Origin: an uncultured Chloroflexia bacterium
GTDB taxonomy: Bacteria > Chloroflexota > Anaerolineae > JAAYZQ01
Assembly (NCBI GenBank): GCA_963700285.1
Contig: CAVOXA010000014.1
Span: 384,001-448,000 of the forward strand
Length of the DNA: 64,000 nucleotides
Direction: 5' to 3'
Of this stretch, positions 1 through 8,910 are shown piece after piece. Numbering within the stretch: the stretch's first letter is position 1; the number at the start of each line of letters is the position of its first letter. A model generated the notes under the pieces. That model was not told the origin of the DNA. It ran no database searches and worked only from the letters and a program-made list of their open reading frames with translations. A program made the position numbers and the translations under genes.

Positions 1-168
1 AGCCTGCCGAATCGCCGGACGGTGGCCGAGCTCGGAGACCAGGGACAGCGCCGGGAGGAAGGCCAAAAGCAGAGCGCCCAGCAGGTTGGCCGCGTACAAG
101 ATCAGCCACACCTGCCAGTAGCGCGTTGTGCGAGCCAGGCCCGCCCGGAAGGCCGACCAGGCACTCAT
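1..168 (-). CDS. Membrane protein, N-terminal part (runs off the left edge)
   Basis: ATG at 168, right after the stop of the aminopeptidase. My translation MSAWSAFRAGLARTTRYWQVWLILYAANLLGALLLAFLPALSL is hydrophobic and stays open to position 1. Confidence 0.6.
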   Translation of the reverse strand, partial: MSAWSAFRAGLARTTRYWQVWLILYAANLLGALLLAFLPALSLVSELGHRPAIRQA

Positions 169-170
169 GG

Positions 171-2123
171 CTACAGGCCTCCCAGGGCCAGCAGGACATT
201 TTGAAGATTGTAAAACAAGCGCGTCACGAGTGCCAGCCAGGCCGATACCTCCAGCCGGCGGCTGAGGCCATTGTCTCCCCACTGTAGGTCGACCACTATT
301 TTGCCTTCGGGGTCTATTTCGGCGCTGCGGAGTGGCGTGCGATCCAGGTAGCCAAAGATCCGCTCCCGCTCCTGCCCGTCCCACGGTTCGACAACCGTGC
401 TGCCATCAACAAAGGTCACCCGTATCTCTGTAGGCACGATCAACTCACCCTGGCGGGCCACGGTGACGCTGTGCTCATCTACCCCTGTGACGGTGTAGTT
501 CAACACACCCTCACCGTAGACCAGACCGTCAAAGAACCAGGCCAGGTCCTGGCCCGAGACCTGCTCGGCCACGGCTCGAAAGTCCTCGGTGGTGGGGTGG
601 GCGAATTGATAGCGCTGGAAGAAGGTGCGCATCACCTCCAGCATCACCTCCTCGCCCAGGGTACGCTCCAAGGTACGCAGGGCCAGCGCCGGCTTGGCAT
701 AGGCGCCGACACTATACTCCATGCCGCCAAAGTCCCAGGCCGGCCGGTACATGGGTACCTGGGGGCTGCTCAGGTACTCGGCCCGCCGTAGATCCAGGCC
801 GCCGATGCGGAGGTAACGACTATCGATGAAAGAGGTGTCCTCGCCATAGACGGCGTCCATGGCCCGAGCCGCCGAGTACTCGGTAAAGCCCTCGTCCAAC
901 CAGGGCTCTTCGGCCTCGTTGAAGGCGACCATGGACTGCCACCACTGGTGGCCGATCTCGTGGACGATGACCAGCTCTAACATGCGGATGGAGGGCAGGC
1001 TCATCGGCCCGGCGCACTCGCCAAAGGGATTCAGCGTCCCGGCTGTGACCAGGGTGGGATACTCCATCCCTCCGGCCCCCTGGTCATCGTCGGGCACATC
1101 GACCACCGTGAGGCGCTGGTAGGGGTACTGGCCGTACCAATTGCCAAAGTGGCGCACTGCCGCCTCGGCCGCATCGAGGGCTCGCTGTACCGACCATTCA
1201 TGTTCCGGAAGGTAGAGATAGAGCACCTCGACACCGTCTACCTGGCGCGTTGCGGTCTGGAAATGGGGCGAGGCGGTCCAGGCGAAATCGATGACATTCT
1301 CAGCCTGGTAGCGCACGGTCTGGGTGCCGTCGCCATTGTCTGCGGTGGAAAGGGGCAGGCCCGTGCCGCCGGTGACATAGTTGCCGGGCAAGGTGATGGC
1401 CACGTCATAAGCGCCAAAGTCGGCATAGAACTCGGCGTTGGCGTGGAAGGGGTAGGCGTTCCAGGACCCATCCTGCCACACGCCCAGCTTGGGGAACCAC
1501 TGGCCCATCATGAAAAAGTCGGCGGCGTAGCCGGTGCGGGCAAAGATGCGGGGCAGTTGAGCCTGGTACTCGAGTTCCACCTGCACGCGGTCACTAGGGG
1601 CAATGGGGTTGGGGAGGTCGGCACGGGCTAGCGTACCGTCCGCGATCTCTTCCAGGCTGAGGGGCGTACCGTCAGCCAAGCGGATGTCCGTCACCTCGAT
1701 CCAGCCAGCATGTTCCGGGTACCAGCCGTAGCCACGATGGCCCATTCCACTCTCTTGCAGAAAGACGCTGTTCTCATCACGGAAGGCATTGAGGTAGAGA
1801 TGGAAGACCAGGTCCGGTATGGGCTCTTTCGTGGTGTTGACGTAGGTGAGCACCTGGCGGGCGGTGAGGGCCTTGGCATCCACATCGAGGGCGACATCAA
1901 TGGCATAAGAGGCGACGGGCAGCGATGGAGACGGGGCCGACACGGGGGCGTGGGGACTTGATATTCCGGCATAGGCGGGTAGGTCTGAAAAGAACAGGCC
2001 GGCCAGCACGGAAAGCAGCAGCAGGCAGGCCAAGAGAGCCACAATGCGAGATGCAGCCGGCCGGCGCGGGCCCTGGAAAGCGCCTATTCGGGCATCTCGA
2101 CTATCTCTGACTCTGAACACCAT
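171..2123 (-). CDS. M1 family zinc aminopeptidase, exported or membrane-anchored
   Basis: GGMEYP exopeptidase motif, HEIGH...E (WLDEG) zinc motif, hydrophobic N-terminal segment. Confidence 0.9.
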   Translation of the reverse strand: MVFRVRDSRDARIGAFQGPRRPAASRIVALLACLLLLSVLAGLFFSDLPAYAGISSPHAPVSAPSPSLPVASYAIDVALDVDAKALTARQVLTYVNTTKEPIPDLVFHLYLNAFRDENSVFLQESGMGHRGYGWYPEHAGWIEVTDIRLADGTPLSLEEIADGTLARADLPNPIAPSDRVQVELEYQAQLPRIFARTGYAADFFMMGQWFPKLGVWQDGSWNAYPFHANAEFYADFGAYDVAITLPGNYVTGGTGLPLSTADNGDGTQTVRYQAENVIDFAWTASPHFQTATRQVDGVEVLYLYLPEHEWSVQRALDAAEAAVRHFGNWYGQYPYQRLTVVDVPDDDQGAGGMEYPTLVTAGTLNPFGECAGPMSLPSIRMLELVIVHEIGHQWWQSMVAFNEAEEPWLDEGFTEYSAARAMDAVYGEDTSFIDSRYLRIGGLDLRRAEYLSSPQVPMYRPAWDFGGMEYSVGAYAKPALALRTLERTLGEEVMLEVMRTFFQRYQFAHPTTEDFRAVAEQVSGQDLAWFFDGLVYGEGVLNYTVTGVDEHSVTVARQGELIVPTEIRVTFVDGSTVVEPWDGQERERIFGYLDRTPLRSAEIDPEGKIVVDLQWGDNGLSRRLEVSAWLALVTRLFYNLQNVLLALGGL

Positions 2124-2238
2124 GCACTGGATCCCTAACCGGTATTTCTATGCGGTGAGCATGACATAGTTGTCCTTGCGAGTTTATCTATGGCGCCAAG
2201 GCCCGCTCTAGGTGGAAGAAACTTGCCCTTGGGTAGTC

Positions 2239-2339
2239 GTCATCCTGAGCGGCAGCGAAGATGTTCCAAGTCCTCGAAGGGGTACTCGGACGGGCGCAAG
2301 TGAGATTCTTCACTCCGCTGCGCTGCGTTCAGAATGACA
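2239..2339. repeat. REP-like extragenic palindromic element
   Basis: GTCATCCTGAGCG..AGCGAAG at one end and its imperfect complement CTTCACT..CGTTCAGAATGAC at the other; intergenic. Confidence 0.6.
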
Positions 2340-2449
2340 TGAATTCAGTTTTTGGTAGTGATCCACTTGTTCAGCACGACAGGGTCCTTTTTCTGCTCAT
2401 TTTTGCGTTTGGTATCTGGTCTCGGACCCGATGCGAGCGACTAGGATGC

Positions 2450-3484
2450 TCAAAGCCAGGGCGTGATGACCGTGCGGACCTCGCCACCAAAGAGGTGCAG
2501 TTGGTCCATCGCCGCATTGATGGCTCCGGCTTGCAGAGGAACCGTCCGCGTCACCACGTTCGACAGGTCGAGGGTCCCTTGTGCCACAAACTCGACCAGC
2601 AAGGGCAGCTCCCAGAGCAGATGGTCAGAGCAGCCAATGACCTCGGCCTCTTTGGCCAAGAGTTCACGATAGGAGTCTATCTTGAAGGGTTCAGCGGCGA
2701 TGCCAACGATCACCGCCCTGCCCAGGACGCCCAGGGAGCGCAGGGCCTGCTCCATCGTCTCGGGCAGTCCGATGAGTTCCAGGGCTACGTCCACGCCCCT
2801 GCCGCCAGTGAGGCGTATGATCTCGGCCACGGGATCTGCTAACGCGGCGTTGACCGGGATGGCCCCGCAGTCCCGGGCCAGGTTGAGTTTTTCTTGGTTT
2901 ATGTCAACGGCATAGACATGCAGCGCGCCAAAGGCCCGGGCCAGTTGGACGGCCGAAATGCCCAGCCCACCGGCGCCAAACAGGGCGACCGTTTCACCAG
3001 CTTGCAGCCGTGCTTTGCGCAGGGCGTGGAACGAGGTGGAGGATGAGCACATCAACACAGCACCTGCCTCAAACGATACCTCGTCGGGAAGCCGAACCGC
3101 GTTGCGGGCCGGTACGATGATGTATTCGGCATAGCCACCGTCACGATCCTTGCCCAGCATCTCGCCCTGGGAGCAGAATTGCTCGTTGCCTGTTCGACAA
3201 AAACCACACTCGCCGCAGGTCACCAGGTAGTGCAGGCATACCCTATCACCCACCGATACGGCGCTCACCTGAGCCCCCACCTCCTGGACGGTACCGGCGA
3301 TCTCGTGACCCAGTGTCTGGGGCAGAGCGCCTACCGGCGAGGTACCAGCCCGGTAATGGACGTCCGAGTGGCAGATGCCGGCTGCCTTGACCCGTACGAG
3401 GATGTCTCTTGCGCCTACCTGCGGGATGGGCACAGCCCGCATCTCTAGCGGTTTTCCAATCTCAACCAGTTGAACAGCCTGCAT
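2450..3484 (-). CDS. Zinc-dependent alcohol dehydrogenase (MDR family)
   Basis: GICHSD and GHE catalytic Zn motifs, CxxCxxC(x7)C structural Zn site, GAGGLG Rossmann motif; GGAGG RBS before ATG 3484. Confidence 0.9.
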   Translation of the reverse strand: MQAVQLVEIGKPLEMRAVPIPQVGARDILVRVKAAGICHSDVHYRAGTSPVGALPQTLGHEIAGTVQEVGAQVSAVSVGDRVCLHYLVTCGECGFCRTGNEQFCSQGEMLGKDRDGGYAEYIIVPARNAVRLPDEVSFEAGAVLMCSSSTSFHALRKARLQAGETVALFGAGGLGISAVQLARAFGALHVYAVDINQEKLNLARDCGAIPVNAALADPVAEIIRLTGGRGVDVALELIGLPETMEQALRSLGVLGRAVIVGIAAEPFKIDSYRELLAKEAEVIGCSDHLLWELPLLVEFVAQGTLDLSNVVTRTVPLQAGAINAAMDQLHLFGGEVRTVITPWL

Positions 3485-3571
3485 CTGGTCCTCCTGTGTC
3501 ATACGCTCGTGATGGGCAAAGGTCCCCAATCGGCGGTGGTCGGAGACCTGGCCGAACTGATGGGGTCCGGA

Positions 3572-4915
3572 TCAGGCCAGTAGTTGTGCAAACTGGCGCA
3601 CGTCACCTACCTGATCAAAGGCCCAAACCATCTCAACCAGCTCGTCGATCTGGCCCTCAGCCAGGACGTGGCCAGCGAGCCAGCGGAATTTACCTGCCAG
3701 CCGTTCCTCATCCCAGCCCTGCTGGGGGTAGTTGATGTTGCCCTCGACCATACCCGACTCGTGGATGGTGCCATCCTCCAGAGTGATGGTCACGCGAGCC
3801 GCGTATTTGCCCTTGGGATCTCCCTTCTGAAGCAGGCGGCTGAGTTCATTCAGGTCGCCGGCTTCCACGAGTTCGACCTTTTCGGCCAGGCTGCGTATCT
3901 TTGAGTCACCGAAACGATGGTCCAGAACCTGGGCGGGACCCACCTCTCCGTCAACCAAGAGGGCCGCCAACGGCCAGGCCAGGCTGAACTGCGCTTCTTC
4001 GGTTGTGGTCGGGAGTTCTGTTCCCAACCGGACCGTTTGGTGCGGCGCTTCGACGTATAGGTGGGCGATCTCTGCTACGTCGATGCCGTGGGTAGCAACC
4101 AGTTGCTGCGCCCCCTTCATCGCCGCGTGGTTCCAGGCACAGCAAGCATAACCTTTCCAGGCAACGCCGCCGGCCATGATATAGGTCTGTCCGATGTCGC
4201 CGACCCAATCGCTGTACTCTTGCAGGCCCAGGACACTGGGAACACCGGTGAAGCCCCTTGCTGCCAATTGGGCAGCCGTGATGCCGGTCATCGCCCCCCA
4301 GCCAATGCCGTGCTTGACCATGGCCGGATCGTCAATGTCGCGCATCATGGGCAGGTTGGGCGCATGGTAGGCAGCGATGCCAAGGGCGTGCCGTGTCTGT
4401 TCTGGGCTGAGTCCCAGAAGGTGGGCAGCCACAGCCGCGCAGGCCACTGAGCCCCAAGAGCCACATGCCTGGTAGACCTCCTGGGTGGCGTGCCAGATGC
4501 GAGCAGTTCGATGGGCGACCTCGTAGCCGACGACCATTGCCGTAAGCATTTTCGACCCGCTTGCGGCCAGCGCCTCGCCCAGGGCCAGCGCGGTGGGGAA
4601 GATCTGCGCGCCAGGATGGCCCTTGGTGTACAGGGCACAGTCATCAATGTCCACGCCGTTGGCGGTGTAGCCGTTGGCAAAAGCCGCACCGATGGCTGAG
4701 GCGCGCCGCCCATGGAGGAGGATCGTCGCCTCTTGCCCGGACCATGTTTCCGCGGCGTACTGGGCGGTGATGCGGCTGACGGGTGTCAGCGTGCCAGCCA
4801 GTGTCGCCCCCAACGTGTCCAGCAGGGTCATGTGGGCTGCGCGCTGCACTGAAGGTGACAGCTTTTCCCAGGTTATGTCACTTACGAAGCGAGCCACAAT
4901 TTCGTTGCCGTTCAT
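3572..4915 (-). CDS. MmgE/PrpD family protein
   Basis: LLDTLGATLAG, DIDD...HPG, GYEV, WKGYACCAWNH and EAQFSL patterns; start chosen at MNGNEIV. Confidence 0.88.
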   Translation of the reverse strand: MNGNEIVARFVSDITWEKLSPSVQRAAHMTLLDTLGATLAGTLTPVSRITAQYAAETWSGQEATILLHGRRASAIGAAFANGYTANGVDIDDCALYTKGHPGAQIFPTALALGEALAASGSKMLTAMVVGYEVAHRTARIWHATQEVYQACGSWGSVACAAVAAHLLGLSPEQTRHALGIAAYHAPNLPMMRDIDDPAMVKHGIGWGAMTGITAAQLAARGFTGVPSVLGLQEYSDWVGDIGQTYIMAGGVAWKGYACCAWNHAAMKGAQQLVATHGIDVAEIAHLYVEAPHQTVRLGTELPTTTEEAQFSLAWPLAALLVDGEVGPAQVLDHRFGDSKIRSLAEKVELVEAGDLNELSRLLQKGDPKGKYAARVTITLEDGTIHESGMVEGNINYPQQGWDEERLAGKFRWLAGHVLAEGQIDELVEMVWAFDQVGDVRQFAQLLA

Positions 4916-4991
4916 GATGATTGCCTCAGTGTTGGATAGTCTGTGACTAGGCCCGGCCGGCAGCGGCCGGAGACCTGGCCGAACAGGTCTT

Positions 4992-6419
4992 CTAGCTCCC
5001 GAGAATATGGGCAATCTCCTGGCGTTGGCCGGCGGGCAATGGGGCCGGCCTGTGCTCCTCAATGATGGCCACTGTCTTTTCTCGCAATCGCTGGCCGAGC
5101 CTCTCACTGCCAGCGGCCACCCAATCGTCGGCCCGCCGCCTGTCAAAAAGACCGGGCCGCCACAGTTCGCGAAAATGCTTCAACGTGTGCCCTGCTGTCA
5201 AAAAGTCGCCGCCCGGCCCAACCTGGTGGATCACGTCCAACGCCAGGGACTCGGCGTCCAGCGACAGGCCCTGCATAAAGCGGCGCATCATTGAGATGAC
5301 CTCGGCCGTAAAGACGACCATCTCCGGGGAAGTCGTCAGGCCGGCCTCCAGGTAGCCGACGTCGTGCACCAGGTTTCCTCCCGCCAGTAGCGCCACCTGC
5401 ACCGAGAATGCAGCGTCGGCCGCCGCCTGCTCGTCCATGGCACAACTATCGGAGTGGCCGGCATAGCCCCAGGTTGGAAGGCCGTAGTACCGCCCCATCT
5501 CGGCCACAGCCACCCGGGCCAGTTGAAACTCGGGGGCACCGTAAACGCTGATGGTGCTTTTCATGTCCATGTGATGCAGTCCGCTGCCATAGACAAAGGG
5601 AGCGCCGGGGCGCACGAGCTGGTGCAGGACCAGGCTTGACAGGACCTCGGCGTTGCCCAGAGCCAGCCCACCGGCCAGGGTCACAGGCGCCGTGCCGCCC
5701 ATCATTGGCGCCGGGGAATGGACGATGGGCAGGGCCTGCTCGGCCATGTACAGCAGCTTGCCGGTAGCGGTTTCAGAATGCGAAAGGGGGGTCGTTGGCT
5801 CCGAGTAGAGAAGCAGCGTGGGATTCAGACGCAAGGACTCCATCCCGCCCGCGGGTACCGAGGCCATCGCGGCGATGGCTTCGCAGTCAGCCCGGTCGTC
5901 ACAGACAAAGACGATGGGCTTGCTGGTATGCTCCAGCATCAGCGAGAATTGGAGGCGGTAGGCGTTGGCGGTCGTCCAGTCAGAGGGGATGCCCATGGAC
6001 ATGCAGAAACCCAGTTCAGGCAGGGCGTCCACGACGTGGATGGCGTCGACCACGTCGGCAACCGTGAACGAGCGATGCTGCCCGGTGCGGGGATCGAGAT
6101 AGTTGGGGCAGTCTGAGCCCGGGCCAAAGCTGACCTGCCTGCCTTCCAGGGAAACAGAGACTTGATCGCTGCCCCGGCGGCATAGCGCGATCCGGGAGGG
6201 AGCCTGCTTCACAGCCCACTCTACCAGGCCGGCCGGAAAGCGGACCAGATTTGTGTCGGTGATGAGGGCGTCGGTCTGGCTCAGGAGGGCCAACGCTCCG
6301 TCGTGATGGATGCGCACGCCGGTGCGCCTCAGAATCTCCAGTGATGCGCGGTGCACGACCTCACACTGCTCTCGGCTGAGCATCGCCAGACGGGGAACTG
6401 CCAGGGTTTCATCTGTCAT
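4992..6419 (-). CDS. MttB-superfamily corrinoid methyltransferase, non-pyrrolysine (paralog 1)
   Basis: HRASLEILRRTGV, FGPGSDC, TAPVTLAG, GAPEF, NLVHDVGYLE and VGPGGDFL family motifs; 475 aa, no in-frame amber codon. Confidence 0.9.
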   Translation of the reverse strand: MTDETLAVPRLAMLSREQCEVVHRASLEILRRTGVRIHHDGALALLSQTDALITDTNLVRFPAGLVEWAVKQAPSRIALCRRGSDQVSVSLEGRQVSFGPGSDCPNYLDPRTGQHRSFTVADVVDAIHVVDALPELGFCMSMGIPSDWTTANAYRLQFSLMLEHTSKPIVFVCDDRADCEAIAAMASVPAGGMESLRLNPTLLLYSEPTTPLSHSETATGKLLYMAEQALPIVHSPAPMMGGTAPVTLAGGLALGNAEVLSSLVLHQLVRPGAPFVYGSGLHHMDMKSTISVYGAPEFQLARVAVAEMGRYYGLPTWGYAGHSDSCAMDEQAAADAAFSVQVALLAGGNLVHDVGYLEAGLTTSPEMVVFTAEVISMMRRFMQGLSLDAESLALDVIHQVGPGGDFLTAGHTLKHFRELWRPGLFDRRRADDWVAAGSERLGQRLREKTVAIIEEHRPAPLPAGQRQEIAHILGS

Positions 6420-6451
6420 CGTATCACTCTCCTTCCGCTATGAGCCGAGGC

Positions 6452-6480
6452 ATTATACTTCAAAGGCTTGGGCAGAGCAA
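6452..6480 (-). promoter_or_regulatory. sigma70-type promoter for the mttB-like/prpD/adh genes
   Basis: Minus strand TTGCTC-N17-TATAAT, about 30 nt upstream of ATG 6419. Confidence 0.55.
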
Positions 6481-6577
6481 GGGACAAGTGTTGGGGAGGC
6501 AAGGCAGAGTCATGTGGCGGGAGGGAGTGTTTGATTGCGAGTCCTCGTCCTGGGGGCGTTGGCGGCTTGAGCAGAGT

Positions 6578-6602
6578 GGATTCCCGCCTGCGCGGGAATG
6601 AC
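6578..6602. repeat. RS3/REP-like palindrome ATTCCC-N8-GGGAAT
   Basis: GGATTCCCGCCTGCGCGGGAATGAC downstream of the aminotransferase. Confidence 0.6.
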
Positions 6603-6629
6603 ATAGTCGATGGTTGGCTATGAAGGCGG

Positions 6630-7952
6630 CTAGTGGCCGGTAACTTCGGCAATGGAGTCGCGCAATCGTGTTACGATCTCGTCTACCTGGGATTCCGTGA
6701 TGACGAAGGGGGGGCCGACCAGGATGGCGTCCCCATCCCTACCATCCGCGAGACCGGTACCAATGTAGACGATAAGGCCGCGCGCCATGCAGGCGGCCTG
6801 AACCCGTTCGGCGATCCTATCGGCCCGGGGATAGGGTTGGCGGCTTTGCCGGTCTGCGACCAGCTCGACGCCCGCCATCAGGCCCAAACCGCGGACATCG
6901 CCTACAGCAGAAAGCTCGCGCAGGGATTCGAATTGAGCCAGCAGGTGGTCCCCCATGGCTGCGCTGCGAGCGACCAGATCATGAGCGCGCAGGTGGCGGA
7001 GCACGGCCAGGGCAACGGCCGCTCCCAGTACGCCATTGGCATAGGTGAAACCGTGGGCGAAATTTCCAGAACCGTGGCGGATTGCCGCCACCATCTCCCC
7101 GCTGCACAGAACCAGGCCCAGCGGGTAATAGCCACTGCTGGCTCCCTTGGCGGTTACCAGGATGTCGGGAGTGACATCCCAGTGCTCTACTCCAAACCAG
7201 CGCCCGGTCCGGCCGAAACCGGTCATCACTTCGTCGGCAATGAGCAACACACCATAGCGGTCACAGATCTCGCGCACGCGGGGCCAATATTCCGGAGGGG
7301 GCACCGCGGCGGCCAGGGTCGCACCGACGACCGGTTCCCCGACAAAGGCCATCACTGTTTCCGGTCCTTGGCGAAGGATCTCTGCCTCCAGGGCAGCGGC
7401 GCAGGCAGTGTCGCAATCCGGGTAGGACTGCCCAAATGGACAGCGGTAGCAATAGGCTGGAGGGATGTGGGCCACGTCCAGCAATAACGGCGCATAGGCC
7501 GTGCGCAGGGGCGTACGACCGGAGACCGACAGCGCGCCCAGGGTCGATCCGTGATAGCTTCCCCAACGCGCGACGATCTTGGAGCGACCCGGTTCCCCAC
7601 GGGAGACGCACACCTGCCGGGCCAGCTTGAGTGCTGTCTCCATGGCCTCGGAGCCGCCAGACACCAGATAGATCCAGGGCTCGGGAATCGGAGAGACCTG
7701 GCCCAATTTCCCGGCATAATTCTCCAGCACGTCGCTGGTGAATTGGGTGCCATGGGCAAAGGCTACCTGCCGCGCCTGGACTGCCAGCGCTTCGACGATC
7801 TGGGCCACTCCGTGGCCCAGGTTGACCACCAGAGCGCCACCAGCAGCATCCAGGTACTGCCGGCCGGCGGTATCATAGAGGTAGACGCCCTCGCCACGCT
7901 GGACAACTGGATAGTCATGCGCCAGCCTGCGGTGGAAAACGTGCCCGCTCAT
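6630..7952 (-). CDS. Class III PLP-dependent aminotransferase
   Basis: GGSEAME, SYHGST, DEVMTGFGRTG, TAKG (PLP lysine), HGFTY. Confidence 0.92.
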   Translation of the reverse strand: MSGHVFHRRLAHDYPVVQRGEGVYLYDTAGRQYLDAAGGALVVNLGHGVAQIVEALAVQARQVAFAHGTQFTSDVLENYAGKLGQVSPIPEPWIYLVSGGSEAMETALKLARQVCVSRGEPGRSKIVARWGSYHGSTLGALSVSGRTPLRTAYAPLLLDVAHIPPAYCYRCPFGQSYPDCDTACAAALEAEILRQGPETVMAFVGEPVVGATLAAAVPPPEYWPRVREICDRYGVLLIADEVMTGFGRTGRWFGVEHWDVTPDILVTAKGASSGYYPLGLVLCSGEMVAAIRHGSGNFAHGFTYANGVLGAAVALAVLRHLRAHDLVARSAAMGDHLLAQFESLRELSAVGDVRGLGLMAGVELVADRQSRQPYPRADRIAERVQAACMARGLIVYIGTGLADGRDGDAILVGPPFVITESQVDEIVTRLRDSIAEVTGH

Positions 7953-8773
7953 GGTTGCACCTGCGCCAGACCCAGGATCTTCCGCGTCTCGCCGGGCGTG
8001 GCCACCGGCCGGCCGAGTTCGGCCGCCAGGCGTGCGACACGGGCAACTAGCTGCTCATTGGTAGCCAGTTCTCCCTTGCGATAGTACAGGTTATCCTCCA
8101 GGCCCACGCGGACGTGACCACCCATGACTATTGCCAGGGCGGCCATCGGCAGTTGCCAGCGACCAGCCCCCGCCACCGTCCAGGTCGAGCCCGGTGGGAT
8201 CGACTCGCTCAGGAACAGCAGGTTTTTGGGTGTGGCCGGCAGCGATCCTGGGATGCCGAGCACAAAATCAAAGTGAAAAGGCGCTACGGCCAAGCCCTTC
8301 TTTGCCAGAAGCAGCGCGTTGGCGATCATGCCAGGTTCAAAGACCTCCATCTCGGGTTTGGTACTCGTTTCCACCATGGCCGCGGCCAGGTAGTCGATGA
8401 CCTCGAAAGGATTGGCATAGACGCGATCGGGAAAGTTCATGGAACCCGTGGTCAGCGAAGCCATCTCGGGCCGGATCAAGCGTACGGCTGCGGCCCGCTG
8501 CTCTGGGTCCATTCCCGCCCGCCCGCCGGTAGAGATCTGGACGATGAGATCGGTGCGCGCGGTGATCTGCTCATGAATGCGAGCAAAGACCTCTGGATCG
8601 AGGGTCGGCCGGCCCTGCCCATCGCGGGCGTGGATATGGATCAGGCTCGCGCCGGCCTCGCGGCAGCAGACGGCGACATCCGAGATCTCTTCCGGTGTTA
8701 CCGGAAGCGCTGGGTTTTGGTCTTTGGTCGGCACATTGCCTGTCGGAGCCACGGTGATGATGAGATTGCTCAT
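7949..8773 (-). CDS. 3-keto-5-aminohexanoate cleavage enzyme family (Kce/BKACE, DUF849)
   Basis: IITVAPTG, LPVTPEEI, HIHARD, STGG, GHVRVGLEDN motifs. Confidence 0.9.
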   Translation of the reverse strand: MSNLIITVAPTGNVPTKDQNPALPVTPEEISDVAVCCREAGASLIHIHARDGQGRPTLDPEVFARIHEQITARTDLIVQISTGGRAGMDPEQRAAAVRLIRPEMASLTTGSMNFPDRVYANPFEVIDYLAAAMVETSTKPEMEVFEPGMIANALLLAKKGLAVAPFHFDFVLGIPGSLPATPKNLLFLSESIPPGSTWTVAGAGRWQLPMAALAIVMGGHVRVGLEDNLYYRKGELATNEQLVARVARLAAELGRPVATPGETRKILGLAQVQP

Positions 8774-8910
8774 GAGTACGAACCCTCGCCGGTGTTTAGC
8801 TATCACACCGGCCTGAAAGAGCCGGTGTTAGAAAAAGGGCCGGTGCTAGCAATTGAAACCGATAGAAATGTTCCCAGTGGTGCCGGTTTGCAGCGGTGCA
8901 GGGATCGCAC

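Noticed and set aside
2261-2842. 193-aa plus-strand ORF
   Set aside because: It starts inside the REP-like element and runs antisense to the alcohol dehydrogenase.
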